DNA of 63,957 nt, filler included, from an uncultured bacterium (GTDB lineage: Bacteria; CAYJOG01), in the NCBI GenBank assembly GCA_964371695.1. It is 6 parts of 6 records of this genome, joined end to end, with 100 filler letters (N's around TTAATTAATTAA, not from the genome) between each part and the next. Parts side by side here need not be neighbours in the genome. Positions count along the whole stretch, not along the records: positions 11,087 to 22,036 come from CAYJOG010000055.1; positions 22,137 to 33,060 come from CAYJOG010000056.1; 4 more parts are not named here. The stretch is one strand, 5' to 3'. Numbering within the stretch: the stretch's first letter is position 1; the number at the start of each line of letters is the position of its first letter. Under the pieces are notes generated by a model. That model searched no databases and was not told the DNA's origin. It was given only the letters and a program-made list of their open reading frames with translations. Made by a program: the position numbers and the translations under genes. Shown here piece by piece: positions 19,263-28,535 of the stretch.

Positions 19263-20888
19263 TTGGCTGAACTGCCCATGAAGGTGGACTGGCGGGCGCC
19301 CTCGCCCCAAAAGTGCATCCGCACGGTGGTGGAGCGCACGTTCATGCACGTGTTGCAGAAATACGCCACCGATGAATCCCGCGAAGAGTTGCTGGCCGAC
19401 ACGTTTTTCCACACACAAAAACGCCTGGACGCCGACCCCAAACACACCAGCGACGCAGAAAGGGCCTTGTGGACCGGCCTGCGCAAGCGGTATCTGCGCA
19501 AAGACAACCCTGTGTCCATCCTGCGGGACATCATCCGTTTTTATGTGGAAGAAATTCAGGGGCACTTCAACCCCATGGTGTTCGCCTTCAGCACCAGCAT
19601 TTTGCCGGCGGGCATGAACCTGGCCTTTCACGCCTGGCCGCCCAAGCGGCTTTTCAGCAATCTGGTGGCCCCCGGCGGCGGCATAGAAGACACCATCAAG
19701 ATCACCGGCGACGTGGACCGCGTGCTCAAGCTGGCCAAAACCGCCACGCCCATCGCCTTGCCCACTCACCTGAGCAACTTTGACAGCCCGGTGATTGGCT
19801 GGGCGCTGCACCACATGGGTTTCGCTCCTTTTTGTTATGGCGCGGGGCTGAACCTGTTCACCAACCCCATGATCAGTTTTTTCATGAACAGCCTGGGGGC
19901 TTACAAGGTAGACCGGCGCAAAAAAGAGGAGCTTTACAAGGAAACCCTCAAGGAATACAGCACTTTTCTGCTGGAGCTGGGGTGCCCGTCGCTGTTTTTC
20001 CCTGGCGGCACCCGCAGCCGCAGCGGAGCGATTGAGTCCAGACTGAAGCTGGGGTTGCTGGGCACGGGACTCAGGGCCTACATCATCAACCTGCTCAAGG
20101 GCCAGCCGAAGAAATATTTTGTGGTGCCCATCGCCATGAGTTATCACACGGTGCTGGAGAGCGAAACCCTCATCGACGACTTTCTCAAGGACACCGGCAA
20201 AAATCGCTACATCATCACCGACGACGAGTTCAGCAAGCCCTCGGCCGTGGCGCAGTTCGTGGCCAATTCCATGGGTTATGACAGCCGCCTTTATCTGCAC
20301 GTGTGCGAGCCGCTGGACCTGTTCGGCAACCGGGTGGATGAAGATGGCAACAGCGTGGACCCCAACGGCAATTTTGTGGACACCGAAAAATACGTCACCG
20401 AGGGCGACGGGCAAATCCGCGAGATTCCCCAGCGCGACGCGCAATACACCGTAGAGCTTGGCGACGCGGTGGTGGACGCCTATCGCCGCAACACCCCCAT
20501 TCTCAGCACCCACGTGGTGGGTTTCACCATGTTCAAGCTGTTGCGCGAACGACACCCGCACCTGGACATCTACCGGTTTTTGCGCATGGAAGAATACGAA
20601 ACCCGCATTGAAAAACCCGTGTTCATGCAGGCCTTGGAAGGCCACCTGAACACACTGCGGGACATGGCCAGCCGCGGCCTGTGCCGCCTGGCCCCCATGA
20701 CCGCCACCAGCCCGCCAGAGGATCTGCTCAAGGCGGGCATTGACCACCTCAGCGCTTATCCGGTGGGCAGCCGCACGATTTATGAAGAAGACTTTGGCCT
20801 CTACGCCAAAAACCTGTCCCTGGTGTATTACTACAGCAACCGGGTGCGGGGCCATCTCACCGGACATTTCGAGGTGTCGCCCAAATGA
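19263..20888 (+). CDS. Glycerol-3-phosphate acyltransferase (PlsB/GPAT-like)
   Basis: HLSNFD (HX4D), GAGLNL, FFPGGTRSRSG; GGAGG before TTG; overlaps gpsA start. Confidence 0.85.
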   Translation: MAELPMKVDWRAPSPQKCIRTVVERTFMHVLQKYATDESREELLADTFFHTQKRLDADPKHTSDAERALWTGLRKRYLRKDNPVSILRDIIRFYVEEIQGHFNPMVFAFSTSILPAGMNLAFHAWPPKRLFSNLVAPGGGIEDTIKITGDVDRVLKLAKTATPIALPTHLSNFDSPVIGWALHHMGFAPFCYGAGLNLFTNPMISFFMNSLGAYKVDRRKKEELYKETLKEYSTFLLELGCPSLFFPGGTRSRSGAIESRLKLGLLGTGLRAYIINLLKGQPKKYFVVPIAMSYHTVLESETLIDDFLKDTGKNRYIITDDEFSKPSAVAQFVANSMGYDSRLYLHVCEPLDLFGNRVDEDGNSVDPNGNFVDTEKYVTEGDGQIREIPQRDAQYTVELGDAVVDAYRRNTPILSTHVVGFTMFKLLRERHPHLDIYRFLRMEEYETRIEKPVFMQALEGHLNTLRDMASRGLCRLAPMTATSPPEDLLKAGIDHLSAYPVGSRTIYEEDFGLYAKNLSLVYYYSNRVRGHLTGHFEVSPK

Positions 20889-21928
20889 GTGGCGCAGAAA
20901 AACACGCCAAAGCGGCCAGCGTGGCGGTGATCGGCATGGGCAACTGGGGCACCACGGTGGCCGAGATCGTGGCCCGCACCGGTCAGGACGTGGCGGTGTA
21001 CGCCCGCGAGTCGGCCCAGGTGGAGGAACTCAACCGCGAACACCGCAACAGCAGATACACGGGCGAGGTGATTTTGAGCGATCGCCTGTTTGGCACCCAC
21101 CACATGGAAACCGCTGTGCAGGGCAAGCGCCTGCTGTTGTTGTGTGTGCCCTGTCAGGCGGCCCGCGATGCCCTGCGCCAGATGGCCCCGGTGGTGGATG
21201 GCTCGCAGGTGATTGTTCACTGCGCCAAGGGCATCGAGCTGGGCACCCACAAACGGGTGAGCGAAATCATCCGCGAAGAAACCATGCTGCGGAAAATCGG
21301 TGTGCTGAGCGGGCCGAATATTGCGCCGGAAATTCTGGGGGGCGCGCCCGCCGCCAGCGTGGTGGCCAGCCGTTATGAAGTGGTGGTGGGCGAGGCCCAG
21401 CGGGCCTTCAAGGGTGATCAGTTCATGCTTTTTTCTTCCACCGACGTGGTGGGACTGGAGCTGTGCGGCGCACTCAAAAACATTCTGGCCATCGCCGCAG
21501 GCATGGTGTCGGAAATGGGTTTTGGCGTGAATACCTTTGCTTTTCTCATCACGCGGGGGCTGGCAGAGATTCAGCGTCTGGGTCTGGTGCTGGGGGCGGA
21601 GCGGGACACGTTTCAGGGCCTTGCGGGCATGGGCGATGTGCTGGCCACCTGCTCCAGCCCCCTCAGCCGCAACCATCAGGTGGGCAAGCGACTGGCACGG
21701 GGCGAAAAACTGGAGGACATTGTGGCCAGCCTGGGCATGGTGGCCGAAGGCGTGAAAACCACCCGCGCCGCCTATGAACTGTCCAACATCCACCGCGTGG
21801 AAATGCCCATCACCCACGCCATTCACCACATCATCGAAGGCCAGTGGACCATCCAGGACGCCGTGAAAAACCTCATGCGCCGTCAGCCGCTGAACGAAAA
21901 ACTGGTGAGCAAAAACATGGGTGGATGA
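20885..21928 (+). CDS. gpsA: NAD(P)H-dependent glycerol-3-phosphate dehydrogenase
   Basis: IGMGNWGT, KGIE, LSGPN, GALKN, GLAGMGD..TCSS..SRN, AEGVKT. Confidence 0.95.
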   Translation: MSGAEKHAKAASVAVIGMGNWGTTVAEIVARTGQDVAVYARESAQVEELNREHRNSRYTGEVILSDRLFGTHHMETAVQGKRLLLLCVPCQAARDALRQMAPVVDGSQVIVHCAKGIELGTHKRVSEIIREETMLRKIGVLSGPNIAPEILGGAPAASVVASRYEVVVGEAQRAFKGDQFMLFSSTDVVGLELCGALKNILAIAAGMVSEMGFGVNTFAFLITRGLAEIQRLGLVLGAERDTFQGLAGMGDVLATCSSPLSRNHQVGKRLARGEKLEDIVASLGMVAEGVKTTRAAYELSNIHRVEMPITHAIHHIIEGQWTIQDAVKNLMRRQPLNEKLVSKNMGG

Positions 21929-22036
21929 CCGGGGCAGTCTGGCGGTTGAGCGCCAGTAAGTGCGCTTTTATAAAGTTAGCTCTTGGGGGGCTTTGCCCCC
22001 CAAACCCCCCACCGAGGGGTGAGGCGGGGTATTGCC

Positions 22037-22136
22037 NNNNNNNNNNNNNNNNNNNNNNNNNNNNNNNNNNNNNNNNNNNNTTAATTAATTAANNNNNNNN
22101 NNNNNNNNNNNNNNNNNNNNNNNNNNNNNNNNNNNN
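22037..22136. other. Artificial contig linker
   Basis: N44-TTAATTAATTAA-N44. Confidence 0.99.
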
Positions 22137-22215
22137 GGGGGCTACCTCAAAAAACCCTTGATGGTCTGCGGCTTGTCTGGCCACCAACCCACGACATCCT
22201 TTTATACTGCCCTTC

Positions 22216-23049
22216 ATGACACAGCCCGGCCCCACCGCTCCTTTCACCACGTTTCAAATTGAGCGCCAACAGGACGTGGCCCTGGTGCGGATGGTGAGCC
22301 AGAACGGCCTGAACCTGATGGGACCGGCTTTTTGGCGGGAACTGCCCCAGGTGTTTGAGGAACTTTCCGCCGACGACACCGTGAGGGCCGTGGTGCTGGC
22401 CTCTGGGGGCAAACATTTCACGGCGGGCCTGGACCTGGCCAGCATGATGCCAGAGCTTCAGTCTCCCAAAAAAGGCCGCATTCCCGCCCAGCAGCATTTG
22501 CTCAAGGTCATTCACCGCCTGCAGGCAGCCATTTCTTCGCTGGAAGCCTGCCCGCACCCGGTGATTGCGGCGGTGCATGGCCAGTGCATCGGCGGGGGGG
22601 TGGACCTGATTACGGCGGCGGATATCCGCCTGTGCAGCGCCGAGGCAAAGTTTTCGGTGCGAGAGGCCAAGGTGGCCATTGTGGCGGACCTGGGCACGCT
22701 TCAGCGCCTGCCTCGCATTGTGGGGGAGGGCCACGCCCGCGAACTGGTTTTTACGGCGGCGGACATTTCCGCCGAACGCGCCGGGCGCATCGGCCTGGTG
22801 AGTCATGTTTATGACACCCCGGAGGTTTTGGTGGAAAAGGCCATGGAAATGGCCCGCACCATCTCGGCCAACAGTCCCCTGGCCGTGCGGGGCTGCAAAA
22901 CCATCCTGAATTACTCCCGCGACCACGCCGTGGCCGAGGGGCTGGAACACGTGGCCCTGTTCAACGCCAACTTTGTGATGAGCGACGACCTCATGGAGGC
23001 CATGAGCGCCTTCATGCAGAAACGCCCCCCGGTATATAAAGGGACATGA
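22216..23049 (+). CDS. Crotonase/enoyl-CoA hydratase family (dienoyl-CoA isomerase-like)
   Basis: HFTAGLDL, PVIAAVHGQCIGGGVDL, ADLGTLQRLP. Confidence 0.92.
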   Translation: MTQPGPTAPFTTFQIERQQDVALVRMVSQNGLNLMGPAFWRELPQVFEELSADDTVRAVVLASGGKHFTAGLDLASMMPELQSPKKGRIPAQQHLLKVIHRLQAAISSLEACPHPVIAAVHGQCIGGGVDLITAADIRLCSAEAKFSVREAKVAIVADLGTLQRLPRIVGEGHARELVFTAADISAERAGRIGLVSHVYDTPEVLVEKAMEMARTISANSPLAVRGCKTILNYSRDHAVAEGLEHVALFNANFVMSDDLMEAMSAFMQKRPPVYKGT

Positions 23050-23828
23050 TGCGCCGGTTTGTTTTGATATTTGGGCTTTTGGGGGGAGTGGTGCTGATGC
23101 GTCCTGGGCTGGCCATGCCCACGGCGGGTCAGTGCCTGAACACCTGCATGGGGCTTCTGGGCCAGGAGTTTGTGGGGTGCATGTCGGCCTGTCAGGACCA
23201 CGACGCCGCCGGGGGCAACGCCGCTGCCCTTGGGGGCGTGGCCGTCTGGCCCAAGCCGCCGGAGGCCGCCGCCCTGTGTCCGCCCGACCAGCCGAACTGC
23301 CCCCTCGTGGCCGCCCATGTATATGAAGGCGGAAAGGACATCGCCAGCCTGTGCGCCGCCAACCCTTTTGCCAGCGGATGTAATGAACACGACTACACCC
23401 CCCGCCATTATCCCGTGGCCTGCAAAAACGACTTCAGCCGGTTTCTCAGCGGCTCGGCCCGTGTGGTGAGCGAAGGCGCACTGAAAACAGCGTCCCCCGT
23501 GGTGGGCCAGCGGGTGTTGTGGGTGGAAAGCGCTGGTTTGGTGCTGCATGGCCAGTTGGCCGAGGAACGGGCGCGGGACCTGGAAAGCCTGTCGTGGCTT
23601 TATGAACACGGCCAGTTTCTGGTGAAATCCGGCAAGGTGTTTGACCAGAGTCAGGCGGACGCGGCGGACGTGGCCACCACACCTTTGCCCGAAACGTATG
23701 ACTACGCCCCCCATGTGTCCTGTTTTTGTCCGGCGGACTGCCGTTTGTCGGATCACGCCAGGGAGTATTGCCCCAGCGGGTTTTTCAGCCCCGCCACGGG
23801 CCAGTGCTGCCCTGGCCATTGCCGGTGA
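23046..23828 (+). CDS. Cys-rich secreted hypothetical protein
   Basis: Signal peptide; 16 Cys clustered in N- and C-terminal parts; overlaps crotonase stop. Confidence 0.7.
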   Translation: MMRRFVLIFGLLGGVVLMRPGLAMPTAGQCLNTCMGLLGQEFVGCMSACQDHDAAGGNAAALGGVAVWPKPPEAAALCPPDQPNCPLVAAHVYEGGKDIASLCAANPFASGCNEHDYTPRHYPVACKNDFSRFLSGSARVVSEGALKTASPVVGQRVLWVESAGLVLHGQLAEERARDLESLSWLYEHGQFLVKSGKVFDQSQADAADVATTPLPETYDYAPHVSCFCPADCRLSDHAREYCPSGFFSPATGQCCPGHCR

Positions 23829-23916
23829 CCCAATCCCAAAGCAGACCTCCATGACCGCAAGAGGGGGTTTGACGCGATCTTTTATCACTTTTTGAACGGG
23901 CCCATATACTTTTCAC

Positions 23917-24777
23917 GTGGCCCAGGGCAGGGATTGGGAAGGTCTGGTGAATGTGTTCTGGCGCGTGTCCGAAGCGCCCCAGGGCGCTCAGGCCCTGGCC
24001 GGACTGGCTGGCGAAGCGCCCAACAGGCGGCTGGTGGTGCGGGCCTTGGTGGGGCAAAAGGCTGACCTGGCCCTGGTGGCCGGTGTGGCCCGTCAACTGG
24101 GGCGTCAGGGGCAGGTTTTTCTCACCAGTGGTTCACTGGCTGCGCCAGACGGCCTGGACCTGACCCGCCTGGGCCGCAGCACGGCGGGTTATGAACTGCC
24201 CCTGGTGGGCAGTCTGCCCGCCATGCACGATCAACTGAGTGGCCAGCGGGGCGGTTTTGTGCTGCGCCTGAACCGCGCCCTGGGTTGGTGGCAGGCGGGG
24301 CTGAAGCGGCGCATTCGGTTTACGGTGCTCAAAAGCAACTTTCGCCACCTGCCCGAACTCACCCATCTGGTGCGCCGGATTGACGTGCGGGATCTGCTGG
24401 TGGAATTCCCTCTGCCCGAAGGCCCGCTGCTCAAGGCCCCCAGCGCCAGTCTGGCCCGTTATCCGCTGGCCGCCCCCTGGCTGGGGCTGCTGCTGAAATC
24501 CGCCAAGGCCGCAAGCCTGAAGGTGACGGTGAGTGGTCTCCCCCCCTGTGTGTTGGAAGACGCCGACCTGGCCCACTGGTTGCCCCGCCTGTCTGCGCCA
24601 CTGCTGGCCCAGGTGGAACTGAACGCCGGTGGACTTTCGCCGGTGAACCTGGGCCATGACCGTGTGGCCCGGTGCCAGAATTGCCCACACATGGCCAGTT
24701 GCCCCGGCGTGGCGGCCAACTATCTCCGAATTTTTGGCGAGGAGGAATGGCAGCCCGTTAGCAGCGTGGCGGTCTGA
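23917..24777 (+). CDS. Degenerate radical-SAM-like protein lacking CxxxCxxC
   Basis: HDQL, TVLKSNFRHLPEL, GLPPCVL and C-terminal CQNC..ASCPG..YL.IFG.EE..P parallel the two downstream rSAM proteins. Confidence 0.6.
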   Translation: MAQGRDWEGLVNVFWRVSEAPQGAQALAGLAGEAPNRRLVVRALVGQKADLALVAGVARQLGRQGQVFLTSGSLAAPDGLDLTRLGRSTAGYELPLVGSLPAMHDQLSGQRGGFVLRLNRALGWWQAGLKRRIRFTVLKSNFRHLPELTHLVRRIDVRDLLVEFPLPEGPLLKAPSASLARYPLAAPWLGLLLKSAKAASLKVTVSGLPPCVLEDADLAHWLPRLSAPLLAQVELNAGGLSPVNLGHDRVARCQNCPHMASCPGVAANYLRIFGEEEWQPVSSVAV

Positions 24778-24781
24778 ACCC

Positions 24782-26419
24782 ATGGCCAGCACACTCACTC
24801 TTCAGGAGCAAGTCAAAGAAGCGGCGGTGCATGACCACCGCCACTGGGTGCGCATCGCCGCTGGTTGCAACAACCGCTGCACGTTCTGCCTGGACTCGGA
24901 CATGCAGGATGGCCGGGTGGTGCCCCACGAAGACATCCTGCGGGAGATACACCGGGGCCGCGACGAACTGCACGCCACGCGGCTGATTCTTTCGGGGGGC
25001 GAGGCCAGCATCAATGCGCGGTTTCCCGAATACATCCGCCTGGGCAAGGAACTGGGTTATCGCAAGGTGCAGACCGTGACGAACGGGCGGATGTACAGTT
25101 ATCCCAAGTTCTGCGAAAAGGTGCTGAGCGCGGGGCTGGATGAAGTGACTTTTTCGCTGCACGGCCACACCCCCGAACTTCACGACACCCTGGTGGGCAT
25201 CAAGGGCGCGTTTGTGCAGCTCATCAAGGGCATGACCAACCTCATGGGCCGCTGCATCGTGAACGTGGACGTGGTGCTCAACAAGCAGAACTACAAACAC
25301 GTCCATGACATCGTGGAGCTGTGCATGAGGCTGGGGGTGCATGAATTTGACCTGCTGCACATCACCCCCTTTGGCCGGGCTTATCCGGCCAACAAGGATT
25401 TTTTGATGTACAACGTAGACGCCGCGCTGCCCTATCTGCGCAAGGTGTTTGCCCTGGCCGAGCAGGGCAAGATATTTGTGTGGACGAACCGTTTTCCCGT
25501 GCGGCATCTGGAAGGTTTCGAGCGGCTGATACAAGACCCGCACAAGCTGTTCGACGAAATCAACGGCAGGCGGTTCATGTTTCAGGACTACCTTGAAAAC
25601 AACCAGCTCATGCCCTGCCACGGCGAACGCTGCCAATACTGTTTTCTCGACAAATACTGCCAGAACCTGATCCGCGAAAAAAACCGCCTGGATGAAAAAC
25701 AGGACGTGCATCTTTGCCTGGACGCCGCCCAGGCCACGGCCCAGCTTGACCGTGTGGCGGTCTTTTCTCCGGCGGTGGTGTTGTGGCGCGCACAGACCGC
25801 CGCTGAACTGCTGGCGGTGAACACGCCGCCTGAGTGGCAGGACACGCCGGTGTGGGTGTCGCTGCGTCAGGGCCGGGGTCTGCTGAACGCACTGGCCCAG
25901 CAACCCCGGTGGCGGGTGGCGCGGGTGAAGGTGTTTGACGAAGAGGGCCTGAGCGAGGCGCTCACCCTGCCGGACGTGGTGGTGGAAATCGCGCTGAACC
26001 GGGAGTTGCAGGCGCACCTGCTTGAAAACGCAGAGGCCCTCGCGCCCCACGGCAGTCGGCTTGAAATTTCGCTGGAAAGTTTTGAGTCCCTGGGCGAAAC
26101 CGATGAACAGGGGGCGGACGCCGAGGCTTTTTACGCCGCTGCGCCAGACTGGCTGCGGGCCGTGCCCAGCGCGTTGCCTGCGTGTTTTTCCGGTGCGCCA
26201 ACACCCATGGCGGAAAAGGTCAACAAGGTGGACGCGGCGCTGGTGAAGCCGGACGGTACGATGGACATTGACGCCGTGACGCTGGATTTCATCCTGGAGG
26301 GATACCGCGCCAGAAGCCTGCGTTGCGAGAAGTGCGTTCACGCAGAGAACTGCGAAGGTTTGCAGATTCAATATCTGAGGCGGCACGGGTTCAAACAGTT
26401 GCGGCCTGTGATGGCCTGA
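24782..26419 (+). CDS. Radical SAM protein with two Cys-rich auxiliary (SPASM-like) motifs
   Basis: CNNRCTFC, LSGGEA, TNGR, SLHG; CHGERCQYCFLDKYC; CEKCVHAENCEG. Confidence 0.9.
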   Translation: MASTLTLQEQVKEAAVHDHRHWVRIAAGCNNRCTFCLDSDMQDGRVVPHEDILREIHRGRDELHATRLILSGGEASINARFPEYIRLGKELGYRKVQTVTNGRMYSYPKFCEKVLSAGLDEVTFSLHGHTPELHDTLVGIKGAFVQLIKGMTNLMGRCIVNVDVVLNKQNYKHVHDIVELCMRLGVHEFDLLHITPFGRAYPANKDFLMYNVDAALPYLRKVFALAEQGKIFVWTNRFPVRHLEGFERLIQDPHKLFDEINGRRFMFQDYLENNQLMPCHGERCQYCFLDKYCQNLIREKNRLDEKQDVHLCLDAAQATAQLDRVAVFSPAVVLWRAQTAAELLAVNTPPEWQDTPVWVSLRQGRGLLNALAQQPRWRVARVKVFDEEGLSEALTLPDVVVEIALNRELQAHLLENAEALAPHGSRLEISLESFESLGETDEQGADAEAFYAAAPDWLRAVPSALPACFSGAPTPMAEKVNKVDAALVKPDGTMDIDAVTLDFILEGYRARSLRCEKCVHAENCEGLQIQYLRRHGFKQLRPVMA

Positions 26420-28254
26420 TGTTCTTGCCCTGGTTCAGGAATCACCGCAAGTTCCTGATTAAAACGGGGTACTCCTGCAACAACTATTGCACTTTTTGCC
26501 ACACCGAAGATTTCCGGCCCATGGTGGATGACGACACCCGCGCCGTGCTCAAAAAACTGCTGCTGGCCAAACAGGCGGGCGCGGAGATGATCGTTTTCAC
26601 CGGCGGCGAACCCACCCTGCGGCAGGATCTTTTTCAGCTCACCGCCGCCGTGAAAAAAACCGGCCTGCCCCTGGGGCTGGTGACCAACGGCCGCCTGTTG
26701 AGTGTGCCCGACGCCTTTGCCCGCCTGCTGGATCACGGCCTGCGTTACACGTTCATTTCGCTGCACGGGGCCACCAGCGCCACCCACAACCGGCTGGTGG
26801 TGGTGAATGCCTATGCCCAGACCCTGGGGGGCATCCGCGCCGTGTCGGCCCACAACCGGGCGCAGACGGACCCGGCGCAAAAAATCGACCTCACGGTGAA
26901 CTGTGTGGTGACGCAGCAGAATCACCACGAACTGAAAGCCATGGTGGATTTGCTGGCCCCCCTGGGGCCGCTCACGTTCAAGCTGAGTTATGTGGAACCT
27001 AAAGGCGGGGGGCTGCACGCCCACGACAAACTGGCCTTGCCCGCGCCGGTGGCGGCAGAGGCCATGCGCGCCGCGTTGCAGCACGCCGCACAGACCGCGC
27101 CGGGCTTGGTGCGGGTGGGGGTGGATGGCCTCACGCCCTGTCTGTTTGAAGGTTTTGAATGGGTGCGGGATGACCTGTTCACCCATGGATTTGTGGCCAT
27201 GTCCGAGACGTTTGAAGAAAAGTTTTTTCCGGTGGACAGTGGCAAACGTCACTGGCTGCCCCCCTGCGAAAACTGCGGTGAAAAGCCCCACTGCCCCGGT
27301 GTGTTTGCAGACGCGGACCCAGCGCTTTTTCCGGTCGCGCCCCTGCCCGCGCCCAGGGCCAACGGGGCCAATTATTTTTTGAACGGTGTGGTGGCGGCGC
27401 GTAAAAAGGGCGATTGCCCGCTGGGGCTTGCGGCCAGGCCCTTTGGCGGCGGCGCTGAAATCGCCGTGATGGAAGATCAGAAAATTCGCCGGGCTGTTAC
27501 CGACACGGCAGATTTTTCGCCGGAGCAGTTGTGGAAGATGGTGCAGGGGGGGCAGGTCTATGGCTGCGCCGAGGCCCGTTTCACGGGTCTGGATTTTGAA
27601 AAACAGTTGCAGCGTCTGGTGCTGTCACCCACCTGTGGGGACTGTGCGCACCAGCCTGTGTGCAGCGGCTGCTGGGCGCCCGGCAGCGAAAATGTTTTTA
27701 CGGTGGCTGAAGAAAAACTGTCCCGCTTGCTGGGAGAAATATCTGGCGACGTGCTGGAAGTGGGGGCAGGGGAGCACCCCCACGGCGAGCTTGTTCTCTC
27801 GCTGCTGCAAAACGGCCGGGTGACCCGTTACACCGCCATCGAGCCAGCCGGTGAAAAACCATCCTGGGCCGACGATCAGAACATCCAGTGGTTGAACATG
27901 CCGGTGGAGGCCTATGTCGCAGACGAAAAATTTGACACCGTGGTGGCCCTGCGCTGCCTGAATCATTTACGGCGTCCCCAGGCCATGTTGGGACGTTTGA
28001 TGGACTATCTGAAACCCGGCGGCCTGCTGCTTGTGGCCGAGAACAATGACTTCATCACCGTGCGGTCAGGTCGCCAGCGCAAACAGCAGCCCAGGCTGGC
28101 GCAAGACGGCGCACGGCACGAGCATTATCACAACCTGTCGTCTGAAAATGTGTTGTCGTGGCTCGCCGTCGGGGGGGCGCAGGTGGTGGTGCATCAGCCG
28201 GTGACCCATGACGGTGCGAACCAGTGGGTGGTGGGTGTGCGCACCAGGGTCTGA
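26419..28254 (+). CDS. Radical SAM protein fused to class I SAM methyltransferase domain
   Basis: CNNYCTFC, FTGGEPT, TNGR; CENC..KPHCPG and CGDC..QPVCSG; DVLEVGAG and LKPGGLLLV; TGATG coupling to previous gene. Confidence 0.88.
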   Translation: MFLPWFRNHRKFLIKTGYSCNNYCTFCHTEDFRPMVDDDTRAVLKKLLLAKQAGAEMIVFTGGEPTLRQDLFQLTAAVKKTGLPLGLVTNGRLLSVPDAFARLLDHGLRYTFISLHGATSATHNRLVVVNAYAQTLGGIRAVSAHNRAQTDPAQKIDLTVNCVVTQQNHHELKAMVDLLAPLGPLTFKLSYVEPKGGGLHAHDKLALPAPVAAEAMRAALQHAAQTAPGLVRVGVDGLTPCLFEGFEWVRDDLFTHGFVAMSETFEEKFFPVDSGKRHWLPPCENCGEKPHCPGVFADADPALFPVAPLPAPRANGANYFLNGVVAARKKGDCPLGLAARPFGGGAEIAVMEDQKIRRAVTDTADFSPEQLWKMVQGGQVYGCAEARFTGLDFEKQLQRLVLSPTCGDCAHQPVCSGCWAPGSENVFTVAEEKLSRLLGEISGDVLEVGAGEHPHGELVLSLLQNGRVTRYTAIEPAGEKPSWADDQNIQWLNMPVEAYVADEKFDTVVALRCLNHLRRPQAMLGRLMDYLKPGGLLLVAENNDFITVRSGRQRKQQPRLAQDGARHEHYHNLSSENVLSWLAVGGAQVVVHQPVTHDGANQWVVGVRTRV

Positions 28255-28437
28255 GAGCCTGTTTTAAATGGGGGCTATGTAAAACATGGCCCACTTTGAA
28301 CAGGCTCTTGCAGCCAAGGATGGCTGCACCCGAAAACCGGAGCTTTGAAAAAGCACAGGTTTTCGCCACGCCAAGGGGGCTTTGCCCCCGAAGGCGTTGG
28401 GTTTTAAAAGTCCACGATGGACTTTTAAAACAGGTTT
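28255..28437 (+). mobile_element. MITE family B copy 2 (183 bp, TSD TGA = stop codon of rSAM gene)
   Basis: Colinear with 11998-12180; TGA at 28252-28254 and 28438-28440. Confidence 0.92.
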
Positions 28438-28535
28438 TGAAAGTTTGTTACCATGACATAAGTCACAATGCTTTTTTCAAGTCCGCCGGGGGGCTTTGGG
28501 TTCAAGGGCAGCCCGGCAGAAAGGTCCGCTCCGTC

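Noticed and set aside
19196-19270. 24-aa upstream ORF overlapping the plsB-like start
   Set aside because: No compositional signal or other support, and the main gene has its own GGAGG SD
28224-28535. N-terminal extension of the dockerin ORF
   Set aside because: It is an open frame through MITE B; the signal peptide follows ATG 28536
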